Shown in pieces: positions 1 to 12,432 of a stretch of DNA of 64,000 nt. The notes under the pieces were generated by a model. That model made no database searches. It worked only from the letters and a program-made list of their open reading frames with translations, and had not been told where the DNA came from. Origin of the DNA: Octopus sinensis (lineage: Eukaryota); contig NC_043019.1 of assembly GCF_006345805.1 (NCBI RefSeq), forward strand, positions 11,097,360 through 11,161,359, in the 5' to 3' direction. The position numbers and the translations under genes were made by a program. Each line of letters begins with the position of its first letter. The stretch's first letter is position 1.

Positions 1-381
1 ATAATATGGCAAATTTGTTTGTTTTTGAGTTACGAAATGAATGTCTTGTGATATTTGGATTTTTCCTTTGTTAAATGAAAGTTCATCTAAATATTGCTGT
101 GTTATTTATGACTTTATATCTGTATATAGAGATAGATGGACAGATAGGTGGATAGATAAACAGAGACAGGCAGATAGATAGATAGATAGTTAACCGGATA
201 ACTGAAGAGATAGCAGTGTGAATTTCCAATTCGGCATCCGAAACTCAGAGTTTTTATCTTGGCTACCGACTAATTGTCACGTATTACATTTACAGATAAA
301 TTCCTCTATTTATATAATATCGAGGTCTCTTTCTTTCTTTTGTTATCTTACCGTTTTTATCAATATATATATATAGTGTAA

Positions 382-697
382 TAAATAAAATATATGCATA
401 CATACTAACATATATGTACGTACCTACATCTACATGTATATATACATGCATATATAAATATATATACGTGTGTACAGGACACCACAAATAGACGTAGAAC
501 TCAACGAGAAACGAAAAAGTAAAAACAGCATGGAACGAACCATTTTTTTTAACAACGAAAAACAGAGTACAAGGACAACTACACAAGGAAAAATCCCCTT
601 CATCAGCCGTCCCTAGTTCAACTCCAGCGTGTTTCGAAGGTGAGGACAGAACACGTCTCGTCGAACTAGTCCTTCCTGCGAAGAATTAAATAAAATT
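382..697 (+). mobile_element. Short dispersed repeat (Penelope-type terminal element), homologous to 30522-30817 on the opposite strand
   Basis: The block tatatgcatacata...gtacgtacctacatctacatgtatatatacatgcatatataaata and cttcctgcgaagaattaaataaaatt recur as the reverse complement at 30522-30817. The minus strand carries GAAAC and CTGATGAA motifs. Confidence 0.6.
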
Positions 698-712
698 CCT
701 TTGCAGAGGGTA

Positions 713-1180
713 ACCAGCCAGGATCCTGGTCTGGTGGTACGTAAAAAGCACTATCCGACTCGTGGCGTGGCACGTAAATACTCCAATGCGACCGTCGACA
801 GGACCCTTGCCAACCCCTTTGCTGTAAGACATTTGGGGCAAGCGAAATCGAATCGAATGAACCACCAGGATCCCTGGTATGGTGGTACGTAAAAAGCACT
901 ATCCGACTCGTGGCCGATGCCAGCCCCGCTCGACTGGCTTCCGTGCGGGTGGCACAAAATACACCAATCTGACCGTGGCCGTTGCCAGCCCGGCCTGGCA
1001 CCTGTGCAGGTGGCACGTAATAAAAAGCACACTACACTAGTTGGCGTTAGGAAGGGCATCCAGGTAGAAACTTGCCAAATTAGACGGAGCCTGGTGCAGC
1101 ATTCTGGCTTCCAGAACCCCGGTCGAACCGTCCAACCATGCTAGCATGAGAACGGACGTTACACGATGATGATGATGATA
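713..1180 (+). mobile_element. RTE LINE 3' UTR fragment with (GAT)n tail
   Basis: gtggcacgtaaaaagcac repeats, ttggcgttaggaagggcatcc, ccatgctagcatg...gacgtt then (gat)n. The same 3' end is attached to the RT ORF at 19560-20805. Confidence 0.85.
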
Positions 1181-1442
1181 TGCACACATACACATATATA
1201 CACATTCACACACATGCACATACACATACAATCACGCATGAACATGTTAATATATTTACTGGTAAGAGTTTAGAAGCTTTTCACAGAAAAAATTAAATTA
1301 GTAAAATATTAAAATTAATGTAAATAACTATCTCCAAGGCCCTGAAGCTATACTTTTGTACACATACATTCAATTTCACACATTTTACAATTTTCTTTTC
1401 TATGTTTAGAAGGTTCAAGAAGATTAAATAACCATTTTACAG

Positions 1443-1572
1443 TTCCTACATTAAGGTCAGTGGAACAAATGAAAAATATTGCAAAATTCCTAAAGTTCTT
1501 CTTAGCAGACATCTGTTGTGTGAAGAAGACTTTATATTGAATAACCATTCTTTCTCTAAAGATCTCCAAAAG
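1443..1572 (+). other. Candidate coding exon (unverified)
   Basis: Acceptor ccattttacAG (1441-1442), 130 nt open frame SYIKVSGTNEKYCKIPKVLLSRHLLCEEDFILNNHSFSKDLQK, donor AAG|GTGATT, in non-repetitive sequence. No homology recognised. Confidence 0.25.
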
Positions 1573-1644
1573 GTGATTAGTTGTTCATGGAAACTAATTA
1601 AAAATGTCTAACAATGCTACCTGTTGAAGTTTACAAGAATTATC

Positions 1645-1912
1645 ATTATTATTTATTGTCTTTGCACAGCTTCTATTGCTGGAGATGTACTATGGTGCCA
1701 GCTGTTCTCTACCAGTGAACTGAAGTAACCCCCCTTATGTTTTGAGCACCATCCAGAGTATTCAAGCAGTTCCAAGCAGTGTTGTTCTCTGCAAGTGCTC
1801 CACCCTTATTGCAGCCCCTGTTTCTTCCATGTACTTCTCAATATTTTTACTCACTGTTCCTAGGGCTCCGACAATTACTGGTACTACTGCCACCTTTTTC
1901 ATCGACCACAGA
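1645..1912 (-). mobile_element. 3' end of an RLE-type (R4/Dong-like) non-LTR retrotransposon
   Basis: Translation LWSMKKVAVVPVIVGALGTVSKNIEKYMEETGAAIRVEHLQRTTLLGTA*ILWMVL matches the typical C-terminus after the RLE domain; short AAT-rich tail. Confidence 0.75.
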
Positions 1913-2770
1913 AATACTGGAAGCGATGAAGAGTTGCACAAGAGGTAGATCGCCGGGTTTGGATGGTCTGCCCTACGAGTTTTATACTTCGATGCCAGAC
2001 TTGTTTGCAGGCCTCTTAGCAAATGTCTACTGCAACTGGCAGCAAAATGGGAGAATTCCCACTTTTGTCTGTCGAGGGGTAGTGGCACTGCTCAGAAAGG
2101 ACCCAAACAAGGGGGACATTATAGAGAATTTCAGGCTCATCACTCTGTTCAATGCAGAGTTGAAGATTTTGACCATGGTGTTAGCCAAGAGGTTGGCGCT
2201 TGTTGTGGACAAACTGGTTGGCAAGGTGCAAACTTGTGTCATCCCAAACAGGAATGTTCACGATAACCTCCATCTTCTGCAGTACATCATAGAGAGGGTT
2301 GGTAATGAAACTGGCATGCGTGGGGCTCTGATCACTTTAGATCAATCTAAAGCTTTTGATAGGGTCGACCATCAATACCTGGTGGCTGTCCTCAGGGCAG
2401 CTGGTTTCGGTCCAGTTTCACAGTTGGATCACTGCTTTACACAGCGACATCTGCTCGGTTGTTCGGGTGAATGGTCACCTGCCTGAGCCATTCAGCATCT
2501 TGCATTTGGTCCGTCAAGGGTGCCCTCTCTCCTCCCTTCTCTATGCTCTTGTTCGGTTGTTCAGGTACCCGTGACTTTTTCACGAGGTCCTTAATTCGTC
2601 TCCCCTATTGGGAGTTTTAAATTGTTTAATTTTTATTATTTTATTATTTACACGTTGTAAAACCCATTGTATCGTGCTGATTTTGTCTTTTATGTTGTTG
2701 TAATTTTATGTAAGCCCTTGTGGCTAATAAACGAATTAATCGTCGTCGTCGTTATTATTATTATTATTAT
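1908..2770 (+). mobile_element. L1/Tx1-clade LINE RT fragment plus probable 3' UTR
   Basis: RT motifs SPGLDGLPYEFY, NFRLITLFNAELKIL, LDQSKAFDRVDHQYL, then after a frameshift VRQGCPLSSLLY. It breaks off at ~2552, followed by an AT-rich stretch with AATAAA and (TTA)n. Confidence 0.9.
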
Positions 2771-2771
2771 G

Positions 2772-3230
2772 AAAGAATTCCGCCGAGGTCGACTTTGCCT
2801 TTCATCCTTTCGGGGTCGATAAATTAAGTACCAGTTACGCACTGGAGTCGATGTAATCGACTTAATCCGTCTGTCTGTCCGTGTTTGTCCCCTCTGTGTT
2901 TAGCCCCTTGTGGGTAGTAAAGAAATATATTATTATTATTATTATTATTATCATTTTCGTCGTCGTCGTCATCATCATCATCATTATTGTTATTATTATT
3001 AAGGCAGCGAGCTGGCAGAATCGTTAGCACAGTGCCAAATGCTTAACAGTAATTCGTCTGCTTTTACGAGCCGAGTTCAAATTCCGCCGAGGTCGACTTT
3101 GCCATTTACCCTCCAGGGTCGATAAAATAAGTACCAGTTACGCACTGGTGTCGATAATCGACAAGCCCCCCCCCTCCCCATAAATAATCAGGCCTCGTGC
3201 CTTTAATAAAGAGGATTATTATTATTATCG
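2772..3230 (+). mobile_element. Two copies of SINE family C (tRNA-like head), first copy 5'-truncated
   Basis: Core gtcgactttgcctttcatcctttcggggtcgataaattaagtaccag at 2788-2835 and again ~3093-3140; head taaggcagcgagctggcagaatcg with B-box-like gagttcaaattcc. Confidence 0.8.
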
Positions 3231-3692
3231 TTATTTTGAAAGTCTGCTTTGATTCACCATTGTTCCTCGGTAAATCTATCACAAATAAAACTCGACTGCC
3301 CTGCTTTACCTTGTTGCTCCGAACACGTGCTACCATTGTTTATATATGATTTATCTCGGCCTAATACCAACATACAAACAATGCTTTGCTTCTCTTTAAA
3401 ACAGAAAAAAAAAAAAAGGGGACACACTTTTATTTCAGTTTTTATTCATTTCGTCACCGATATTTCCAGTCAGTCTGGGTGGAGTGAATCTAGTTCAGTA
3501 CTTCAATCACATGTCTTCTCAGGTGTACTTTTCCACTATTTTTATATTTACTACTTTCTGTGTGACACAACACAAAAGACTTCAAAAGGCTGTCAAATTG
3601 GCGCCAAAAACCAGTGAATGTGTGTTCAACTGTAGATAAGTTCTATAAAAAGTTAGAGGGAAGATGGGAAGGAGAGCGGCGGCAATGTCGTG

Positions 3693-3725
<33 letters not shown>

Positions 3726-4239
3726 TGCAGGTGGTAGTAGGGTTGATGGTGATTGTAGTTGTTGTTGATATTGGTGGTGTTGATGGTGGAAACGGAGTAA
3801 GTGGTGGTGGTGGTGGTGGTGGCGGGCGACTTTACGGTGACGTCGCTGTTTGTTAATGATGATGATATTGATGATGGTGATGGTGGTGGTGGTGGTAGTG
3901 GTGGTGGTGATGGGTATATTCTTTCTGTATTGGTTCACTCAAACAATGGTTTCAGTTACGAATAAGTAGAAGAAACAAACAATAGAAGCTACAACAGCAA
4001 TAATCGTTAAAAAAAAAACGGAAGTATGAAAGCATGTAGGGATCATGATTTTAAAAATTTACTGTCCTTTTTATGTTTCATGATATATGGAAGTATTTAA
4101 GAACTATAATTGTCAAAAGTTTGTTGCTGTTGGTAAAGCATTGAGGTATTTAAAAGAAAAACCCTTGTCTCAAACTGGTTGAATGTAGTAGTTGAGAATA
4201 TCGTTGTTTAGCCCTAGGTAAATCCTAGAAGTGCAACAA

Positions 4240-4381
4240 AGTAGCTTGCTAACCAGCCACATGGTTCCGGGTTCAGTCCCACTGCGTGGCATCTTGGGCA
4301 AGTGTCTTCTGCTATAGCCCCGGGCCGACCAATGCCTTGTGAGTGGATTTGGTAGACGGAAACTGAAAGAAGCCTGTCGTA

Positions 4382-4422
<41 letters not shown>

Positions 4423-4640
4423 GTATGTGTGTGTGTGTTTGTATGTCTGTGTTTGTCCCCCTAGCATTGCTTGACAACCGATGCTGGTGTGTTTATGTCC
4501 CCGTCACTTAGCGGTTCAGCAAAAGAGACCGATAGACTAAGTACTGGGCTTACAAAGAATAAGTCCCGGGTCGATTCGCTCGACTAAAGGTGGTGCTCCA
4601 GCATGGCCGCAGTCAAATGACTGAAACAAGTAAAAAAAAA
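4240..4640 (+). mobile_element. SINE family B (tRNA-like head, internal (TA/TG)n, tail ending tgactgaaacaagtaaa)
   Basis: ggttccgggttcagtcccactgcgtggc B-box region, then gtggatttggtagacggaaactgaaagaag, a microsatellite, and ttgacaaccgatgctggtgtg...ccagcatggccgcagtcaaatgactgaaac. More than 20 full or partial copies lie in the window. Confidence 0.9.
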
Positions 4641-4824
4641 AAAGGTGTATCTGGTCGTGGAATTCTTCTTCAAATGAGATGCCCGCATGCACACTTACTC
4701 TATCTGCCTAAAATAAGTTGCCATCTGACCCATGCTAGCATGGAAAAACAGACATCAAATGAATGAATGTGTGTGTGTGTAACAAATATATGTTACTGAT
4801 AAATGATGTAATGGATACAGTGCC

Positions 4825-5230
4825 AAATGTTGGCACATCATCATCATCATTTAACGTCTGTTTTCCATGGTGGCATGGGTTGGATGGTTTAACTGAAAAC
4901 TGGTAAACCAGGGGCTGCACCAGGTTATAACCTGATTTGGCAAGGTTTCTACAGCTGGATGCCCTTCTTAACACCAACCACTCCGAGAGTGTAGTAGGTG
5001 TAGTGGGTGCACAGGTGCCATTGACCTGACATCGTCACTGGCCACAACTACAGTCTCACCTGGCTTGACAGATCTACACAGCACAGTATATCGCCAAAGG
5101 TGTCACCCACCTGTTACTGTCTCCATGAGGCCCAGCACTCGAATGGTGCTTTTTACATGCCACCAGAACAGGTGCCAGTCAGACGGCACTGGCATCGGCC
5201 ATGACTACAACTTCACTTGGCTCGACAAGG
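4825..5230 (-). mobile_element. Degenerate RTE 3' UTR with (CAT)n tail
   Basis: catcatcatcatttaacgtctgttttccatgg...ggatgcccttcttaacaccaaccactccgagagtgtag. Confidence 0.8.
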
Positions 5231-6839
5231 GTAGCAAATTTGGGGGAGGAAATAAGTTGATTGCATTGACCCAAAGATTAAACTTGTAGTGATGCCATCT
5301 TGGAAATCTTCAGCATGCATGCGCAGAGTTGGATTCTTCTGCGAGACCTGCTGGAAGTTCCCTCATGCGCATGCACAGAAAACTAGCAGCAGCAAAATTT
5401 CCCTTGTATCGGCCTCTCAAACACTGACAGCCGAACAGGACGGTTGTGTTTTAGCAGCTCTCTCAAGCTGCCACCTTGTGGCATTGCTACACTATGCTTG
5501 AACGGACAGGATCTGGCTCACTCCACTTGACTACTGCAACGAGCTCCTAGACTGCCGATTCGCCCTGAAGAAGAATGTATATATTACGAATCCAGAAATA
5601 AAATATGTAACGCTTTAATTTAACCGTTAATCGGAAGTCTTGACTCTTTCCTTCGATTAATAATTTAATGTAAAGGATGAGAGCTGTACCCCTCCAGTGT
5701 TACAGACCTTTCATCCTGTTACAAACTGGTACTTATTTTATCATCTCTGAAAGGGAGAGAGGCAAAGCTGACCTCGGCAGAATTTGAACTCAAAATGTGA
5801 AGACAGACAAAATGCCACTAAGCACTTTGCCCAGTGTGCTAACGATTCTGCCAAGCTTGCCACCACTGCAGTGGTTAAAAGCATTGATAGTAGATTATTT
5901 AACCTTCATTGGACAGTGTAATAAGCATCTAAAAAATCAGCTGAAGGTAAAGTGATATCTTATGGATTTTATTTTTCAGCGAATTTGTCGTTAGGAACAT
6001 GACAGAAAAGCTGTAGCAGTCAGCTGTTTTACAATAGTGAAGTCTTGTTAGTGGTCAGCAAGGCCTACATGCTTTGGCTAGTATTTGTCTGTTGTAGAGT
6101 AATTTTTTTTATTTCCCACGAGGGAACAACATAGATAAGGGACAATACAATCTGATTGGGGTCAGATGGACGGATGGATATAACGTAAAGATGACATTAA
6201 AAATTCACAAAAAATATAAATAAATCGAATGATAGGACATTACGGATGGAGTGGGGAGACGGGTTCAATTCGAACCCCACTGATAAAGGCAGGCGGAATA
6301 CAGCCAAGCATTTTGCCCTGCCTGCTAATGATTCAGCCAGCTTGCCACCTTTATAGTAAAAAAATAAAATAAAATAATAATAATAGCATTTATTTGTCAT
6401 CAATACTTATTCATATTAACAATGATAATAATAATAATTACATACACATAAACTACTAACAAAATATCTTTTACAAGACATTATATGAAACAGCATATTT
6501 CTATGTGTATATATACACACATTTATACATACATGCATATGTATATTTATACATGTATGTGTGTGTGTGTATATATGTATGAAAATGTATATATACACAC
6601 ACACACACACTCACAATATGTATGTATATGTATGTATATACATATATATATATACAAACATATAAGTGTGTGTGTGTGCATGTGTATTTATGTATTTACA
6701 TATATGTGTGTAGGCATGTATAATTTAATGGAATACGCTGTATACACCGCTGTATACACATCCTGAATGCATTATATGCCTGTTAGCATGTTGAATAGAT
6801 TAATTAGAACGACCCCAATGTTGGTTGACTGACTCACTT

Positions 6840-7270
6840 AAGGGTGGTGGTCGTGGTGGAGATTTTGGTGATGGCAGTGGAGGTGTCGATGGTGGTGGTG
6901 ACGATGGCAGTGGTGGTGTGGCAGTAATGTTGTTGCTGTTGTCGTAGTGGTACTGTGGTTGTTATAGCAATTATGGTGCTGTGGTCGTTAGAATAATTGT
7001 GGTGGTGGTGGTGGTGGTGGTGGTGGTGGTGGTGGTGGTAGTGGTGGTGGTTGTCATCGTCGTCGTCATGATGGTGGTGATTGTGGTGGTGGTGGTGATG
7101 GTGGTGGTGGTGATGGCGGCGGCGGTGGTGGTGGTGATGGTGGTAGTGGTGGTGATGGTGGTGGTGGTGATGGTGGTAGTGGTGGCGGCGGCGGTGGTGG
7201 TGATGGTGGTGGTGGTGGTGGTGATGGTGATGGTGGTGGTGGTGGTGGTTGTGGTGGTGGTGGTGGTGTT
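6840..7270. repeat. Mixed (GGT/GAT)n trinucleotide array
   Basis: Directly visible; source of the poly-His/Thr/Val ORFs. Confidence 0.95.
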
Positions 7271-7803
7271 GGGGCAAGTCAAACAAGAAATAGGTGCTGG
7301 TGTGGCTGCGTGGTAAGAAGTTTGATTCCCAACCACATGGTTCTAGGTTCAGTCCCACTGCAAGTCCCCTTGGGCAAGTGTCTTTTGCTAAAGCCTTGGC
7401 TCATCAAAGCTTCGTCAGTGGATTTGGTAGACAAAAATTGAAATAAGCCTGTTGTATGAGTGTGTGTGTGTGTGTGTGCATGAGTATGTTTACCGCCATA
7501 TCAATATGGTTGTTTGATGTCACTACCGTTTTTAAACTCAGGAAGAGCCTCCTCCAGCTGGTTATCAATGCAATCTACACCCAGTATACATTGCAAGCAG
7601 GGGAGCGAACTCCTACTATCTCTTAGCGGATGATGGGATCATCAGATCAAACGGTTTTGGGCTATATATGTACATATATATATACATATATATATGATGC
7701 GGGGTGGCGTCACTTGAAGGCTAAAACAATGCAAAGTGCATTGTGACCAGTGATGTGTGGCAACATCTGATAGATAGCCTGGTTGGTCATGGTGGTGATA
7801 TAC

Positions 7804-7850
<47 letters not shown>

Positions 7851-7949
7851 TATATATGTTATATAATATAATATAATATATATATATATATATAAAGATA
7901 TATATATATATGTATATAATATAATATATTATATATATATATATTTAAT

Positions 7950-8210
7950 ACATCATTATCATCGTTTAACGTCCGCTTTCCATGCTAGCATGAGTTGGAC
8001 GATTTGACTGAGGACTGGCGAACCAGATGGCTGCACCAGGCTCCAATTTGATCTAGCAGAGTTTCTACAGCCAACCACTCTGAGAGTGTAGTCGGTGCTT
8101 TTAAAGTACCACCAGCATGAGGGCCAGTCTGGCGGTACTGGCAACGGTCATGCTCGAAAATGGTGATTTTACATGCCACCTGCACAGGAGTCAGTCCAGT
8201 GGCACTGGCA
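7950..8210 (-). mobile_element. RTE 3' end next to an (AT)n tract
   Basis: atcatcgtttaacgtccgctttccatgctagcatg... Confidence 0.8.
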
Positions 8211-8346
8211 TTAATATTTTGGACAAATGGATATATATCAATTAGTGTGTTGATGTGTTGAGTAAAGCACTTGCATGGTTTGCGCTACCTGCTGTCATCC
8301 GTAGTTTGAGTATATTTCCATTGGATCTACTTTAGTGTTAGTTGAG

Positions 8347-8402
<56 letters not shown>

Positions 8403-8784
8403 TCTTAAGTAACCAGAAGATGGATTTGGTATTAATCTTTCACCACAACTTTCTCTTACTCTTTCTTCCTGTTTCTGTTGTACCTGTATTTCAAAGGGCC
8501 AGCCTTGTCACACTCTGTGTCACACCGAATCTCCCTGAGAACTACATTAAGGGTACACATGTCTGTGGAGTGCTCAGCCACTTGCACATTAATAAATGAG
8601 CTGTGACGGGGTTGGCAGTGGCGGAAGGGGAGAAGTAGTTCTCCCTAGTTAAGTCAAAGAGTCAATAGTAGCCTTGCTTTGACTGGGTCCACAACCCCTA
8701 ATGGGGGTTTTAGGGGTACCATTGTGCCATTTGACAATATGATATGTCTTACACTTAGAAACCTGTTCCTCTCTAGAGGTAGAC

Positions 8785-9234
8785 GGAGAAGAGGAGAGGG
8801 GATGGGAGAGAAGGAGAGGAGAAGAGAAGGAGAGGGGAAGAGTGGGGAGAGAAGGAGTGAGAGAGGGGAGATGAAGTGAGAGAAATGAAGAGGGAGGGAG
8901 AGTGAGAGACAGGGAGACAGGGAGAGAGTGGGGAGAGGAAGTGAGGGGGATGGAGAGAGGTGTAAAAAAGAGAGGGAGAAAGAGAAAGAGAAAGAATGAA
9001 AGGAAGAGAGAGAAAAGCAGAGAAAGATAGACAGATATATATATATACATAAAGTGAGAAAAAGAGAGAAAGAGGTAGAAAGAAAGTGTGAGAGGGAAAG
9101 AGAGAGAGAAGGAGAAAGAGAAAGAGAGAGACAGAGATAGAGAGAAAGAAAGAGAGAGAGGGAGAGAGAAAGAGAGAGAGGGAGAGAGAAAGAGAGAGAG
9201 AGAAAGAGAGAGAGAGAGAGGGAGAGAGAAAGAG

Positions 9235-9265
<31 letters not shown>

Positions 9266-9282
9266 GAGAGGGAGAGAGAAGA
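8785..9282. repeat. Polypurine (GA/GGA/GAAA) tract
   Basis: About 500 bp almost entirely A/G on the plus strand. Confidence 0.95.
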
Positions 9283-9769
9283 ATGCATCCCTGTATTTTA
9301 TTTCTCAGTCTAAAAAGTGATCAAAAGCAAATTGCCTTTGACAGGATTTGAACTTAAGAGTACAGAGGGATCCAAAACAAATACCACAAGGTATTTTTAT
9401 GAGATTCTCTAATGGCTTTGCTAGTTGATAGGCAGGATGGTGTGCGGAGAAGAAGAGGATGGGGGTGCTTGAGATGCTGAAGAGGATCAACTTCAAGTGA
9501 CAAAAAATTAAACAATATCGTTACATGGATTTAATTAATTGCTTTAATCTTCATATTTTAGATTAACTAATCTTTTTATTAATGGTAATCCTTCACCTAC
9601 CACCCACCCACACACACAACCCAATACTTACACATATACACTCAAACATGTACACATACATAACACATTTTACATGTGCACACATACACACACACACACC
9701 TTCACATACTTACATGTTCATACACATACACACATACACATGCACCCACATATACACACACACCTTTTA

Positions 9770-10300
9770 TCTTTTACTTGTTTCAGTCATTGGACTGCGG
9801 CCATGCTGGGGCACTGCCTGGAAGAATTTTTAGTCGAATGCATCGACCACCCAGTTCTTCTTGTTTTTCTTTTTAAGCCAGGTACTTATTTTATCGATCC
9901 TTTTTGCCAAACTGCAAAGTTACAGGGCCATAAACACACCAACATCAGTTGTCAAGCAGTGGTGGGGTCAAACACACACACGACAGGCTTCTTTTAGTTT
10001 CTGTCTGTCAAATCCACTTACAAGACTTTGGTCAGTCTCACATATAGGTAGAAGGCACTTGCCCAAGGTGTCACACAGTGGGACTGAACTCTGAACCATG
10101 TGGTTGGGAAACTTATTTTATTGATCCCTTTTGCCAAACTGCAAAGTTACAGGGCCGTAAACACAAGCAGTGGTGGGGACAAACACACACATACATACAC
10201 ACACACACACACATACACACATATACACACACATACACACACGCACACATACATACACACACACACACAACATACACACACACGCTCACACACACCTACA

Positions 10301-10342
<42 letters not shown>

Positions 10343-10510
10343 ACACACACAGACACACACACATGACAGGCTTCTTTCAGTTTCTGTCTGTCAAATCCAC
10401 TTACAAGGCTCTGGTCAGTCTGGCATACAGTAGAAGGCACTCGCCCAAGGTGTCACACAGTGGGACTGAACTCGGAACCATGTGGTTGGTAAACAAGCTT
10501 CTTACCACAC
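9770..10510 (-). mobile_element. SINE B with a locally duplicated second copy
   Basis: Two consecutive copies share private variants (ctgcaaagttacag, gtagaaggcact, tgtcacacagtggg). Confidence 0.85.
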
Positions 10511-10861
10511 AGTCACGCCTGCGCCTCTAAGATTATGTATAATGTTAAAAACCGCAGAAGTGTATCGTCAGTGGACAAACATCGTCTGGCTGTGACAGTG
10601 GAATTGCTAAATACATTTTTCTGCTTTCCTGAGCATCATTAGTAGCCAGTATCCACTAGCAACCACATGCTAAGACAAATTTAGCCTCTAACTGATACAG
10701 AAAAAACAGTGATTAAGAAAAAAACGTGGAATTACGTATGTTATTTTTACACAGACACAGACACACAGTAAATCTTTTTTTTTTTTTTATAGGAAAAGAG
10801 TTTCAGGGCATTAACTCTTAAGCAATCAGATTACTCTGACAACTGCAATGATTATTTATTT

Positions 10862-11315
10862 ACATCATCATCATCATCATCATCATTACCATCATCATCA
10901 CCATCATCATCATCATCATCATCGTTGTCGTCGTCGTCGTCGTCATCGTCATCATCGTTGTTGTCATCGTCATCATAATCACGATCATCATCATCATCAT
11001 CATCGTTGTCGTCTTCATCGTCGTCGTCATCATCGTCATCATCGTCATCATCATCATCATCATCATCGTCATCATCATCGTCTTCGTCATCATTGTTATC
11101 ATCATCATCATCATCGTCGTCGTCGTCGTCGTCATCATTGTCGTCGTCATCGTCATCATAATCATTCATCATCATCGTCATCATCATCGTCGTCGCCATC
11201 GTCATCATCGTCATCATCATCATCATCATCGTCATCGTCATAATCATCATCATCATCGTCATCGTCATCATCGTCATCATCGTCATCATCATCATCATCG
11301 TCGTCGTCGTCGTCA
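10862..11315. repeat. (CAT/CGT)n array continuous with an RTE tail
   Basis: The array runs directly into cgtttaatatctatcttccatgctg, the RTE 3' end. Confidence 0.9.
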
Positions 11316-11741
11316 TCGTTTAATATCTATCTTCCATGCTGACATGGATTGGATGGTTTGATTGGACCTGTTCCAGATTCCAGTTGTCTGTTGTGGCATG
11401 GTTTCTATGGCTGGATGCCCTTCATCACACCAACCACTTTGCAGAGTGTACTGGGTAATTTTTACATGTCACCTTGCATGAGTGCCCTTTACATGGCACC
11501 AGCACCTGTAAAGGGCAAGCCTGTTGTGTAAGGATGACTGCGATTTTACATAGCTTAACACATCTTCTCAAGTACAGCAAATTGCCACAACTCCCAGCCC
11601 CTTGTCATTTCCTTAGTGAGGCCCAGTGTCTGAAGATTCTTTCTCACTGCTTCGTCCTATGTCTTCTTGGGTCTACCTATTCAACAGGTTCCCTCCACAA
11701 TTAGAGCTTGGCACCTCTTTACACAACTGTCCTCATCCATA
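11315..11741 (-). mobile_element. Older RTE 3' fragment with ORF C-terminus
   Basis: The minus strand reads MDEDSCVKRCQALIVEGTC*IGRPKKT*DEAVRKNLQTLGLTKEMTR, homologous to the end of ORF 20252-20860. Confidence 0.85.
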
Positions 11742-11822
11742 TACTGTAAATCTTCGAGTATAATCCACATTTTTTCCCCAAAATTTAAAGGTCAAAATCC
11801 CTAGTACGTACTATATACGAGG
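11742..11822 (+). mobile_element. Possible pogo/Tc2-like DNA transposon left end
   Basis: TA|CTGTAAATCTTCGAGTATAATCC...TACTATATACGAGG resembles pogo/Tc2-type termini; no matching right end found. Confidence 0.3.
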
Positions 11823-12069
11823 TTAAAAATGAAAAAATATTTTCTAAGCAATGCCCGAGTCTCTATTTGCTGTCCAGCAATTTTTATTCAGACGCATTTT
11901 GTGATGTCGGGCATGAAAATAGCTTAACCTAAGCCAGAAAGCAATGAGGTCATAAAAAAATCTTCCATAAGTCAGAGGTTGAGGAACCTTAATTTAGACA
12001 AAGGATACTAAAATAAGAATACTCTATTCTACCAAAGGCACAAGGCCTGAAATTTTGCGGGAGGGGAGC

Positions 12070-12292
12070 ATCATTCGTCATCATCATCATCATCATCATC
12101 ATCGTCATCATCATCATCATCGTCATCATATCATCATCATCATCGTTGTCATCATCGTCATCATCGTCATCATCGTCATCATCATCATCATTATCGTCAT
12201 CATCATTGTTGTCATCGTCGTCATCATCGTCATCATCATTATCATCATTGTCATCATCATCATCATCAGTGTGATCATCATCATCATCATCG

Positions 12293-12333
<41 letters not shown>

Positions 12334-12432
12334 GTCATCATCATCATCGTCATCGTCATCATCATCATCATTGTCGTCATCATCGTCATCATCATAATCA
12401 TCATCGTCCCCAGCATCATCATAATCATCATT
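12070..12432. repeat. (CAT)n-rich array
   Basis: Directly visible. Confidence 0.95.

Noticed and set aside
1779-2486. 235-aa ORF as a cellular gene
   Set aside because: It is chimeric: the N-terminus is antisense RLE-LINE sequence, the rest is L1/Tx1 RT that frameshifts and ends before the YADD motif.
3249-3617. 122-aa ORF and an overlapping open frame at 3439-3635 in unique sequence
   Set aside because: No recognisable domain, it crosses a poly-A run, and there is no convincing donor site.
5290-5640. Possible LTR or Penelope end (CCCTGAAGAAG...GAA, AATAAA)
   Set aside because: No partner repeat in the window and the hammerhead-like motif lacks GAAAC and stem I, so it is too weak to call.
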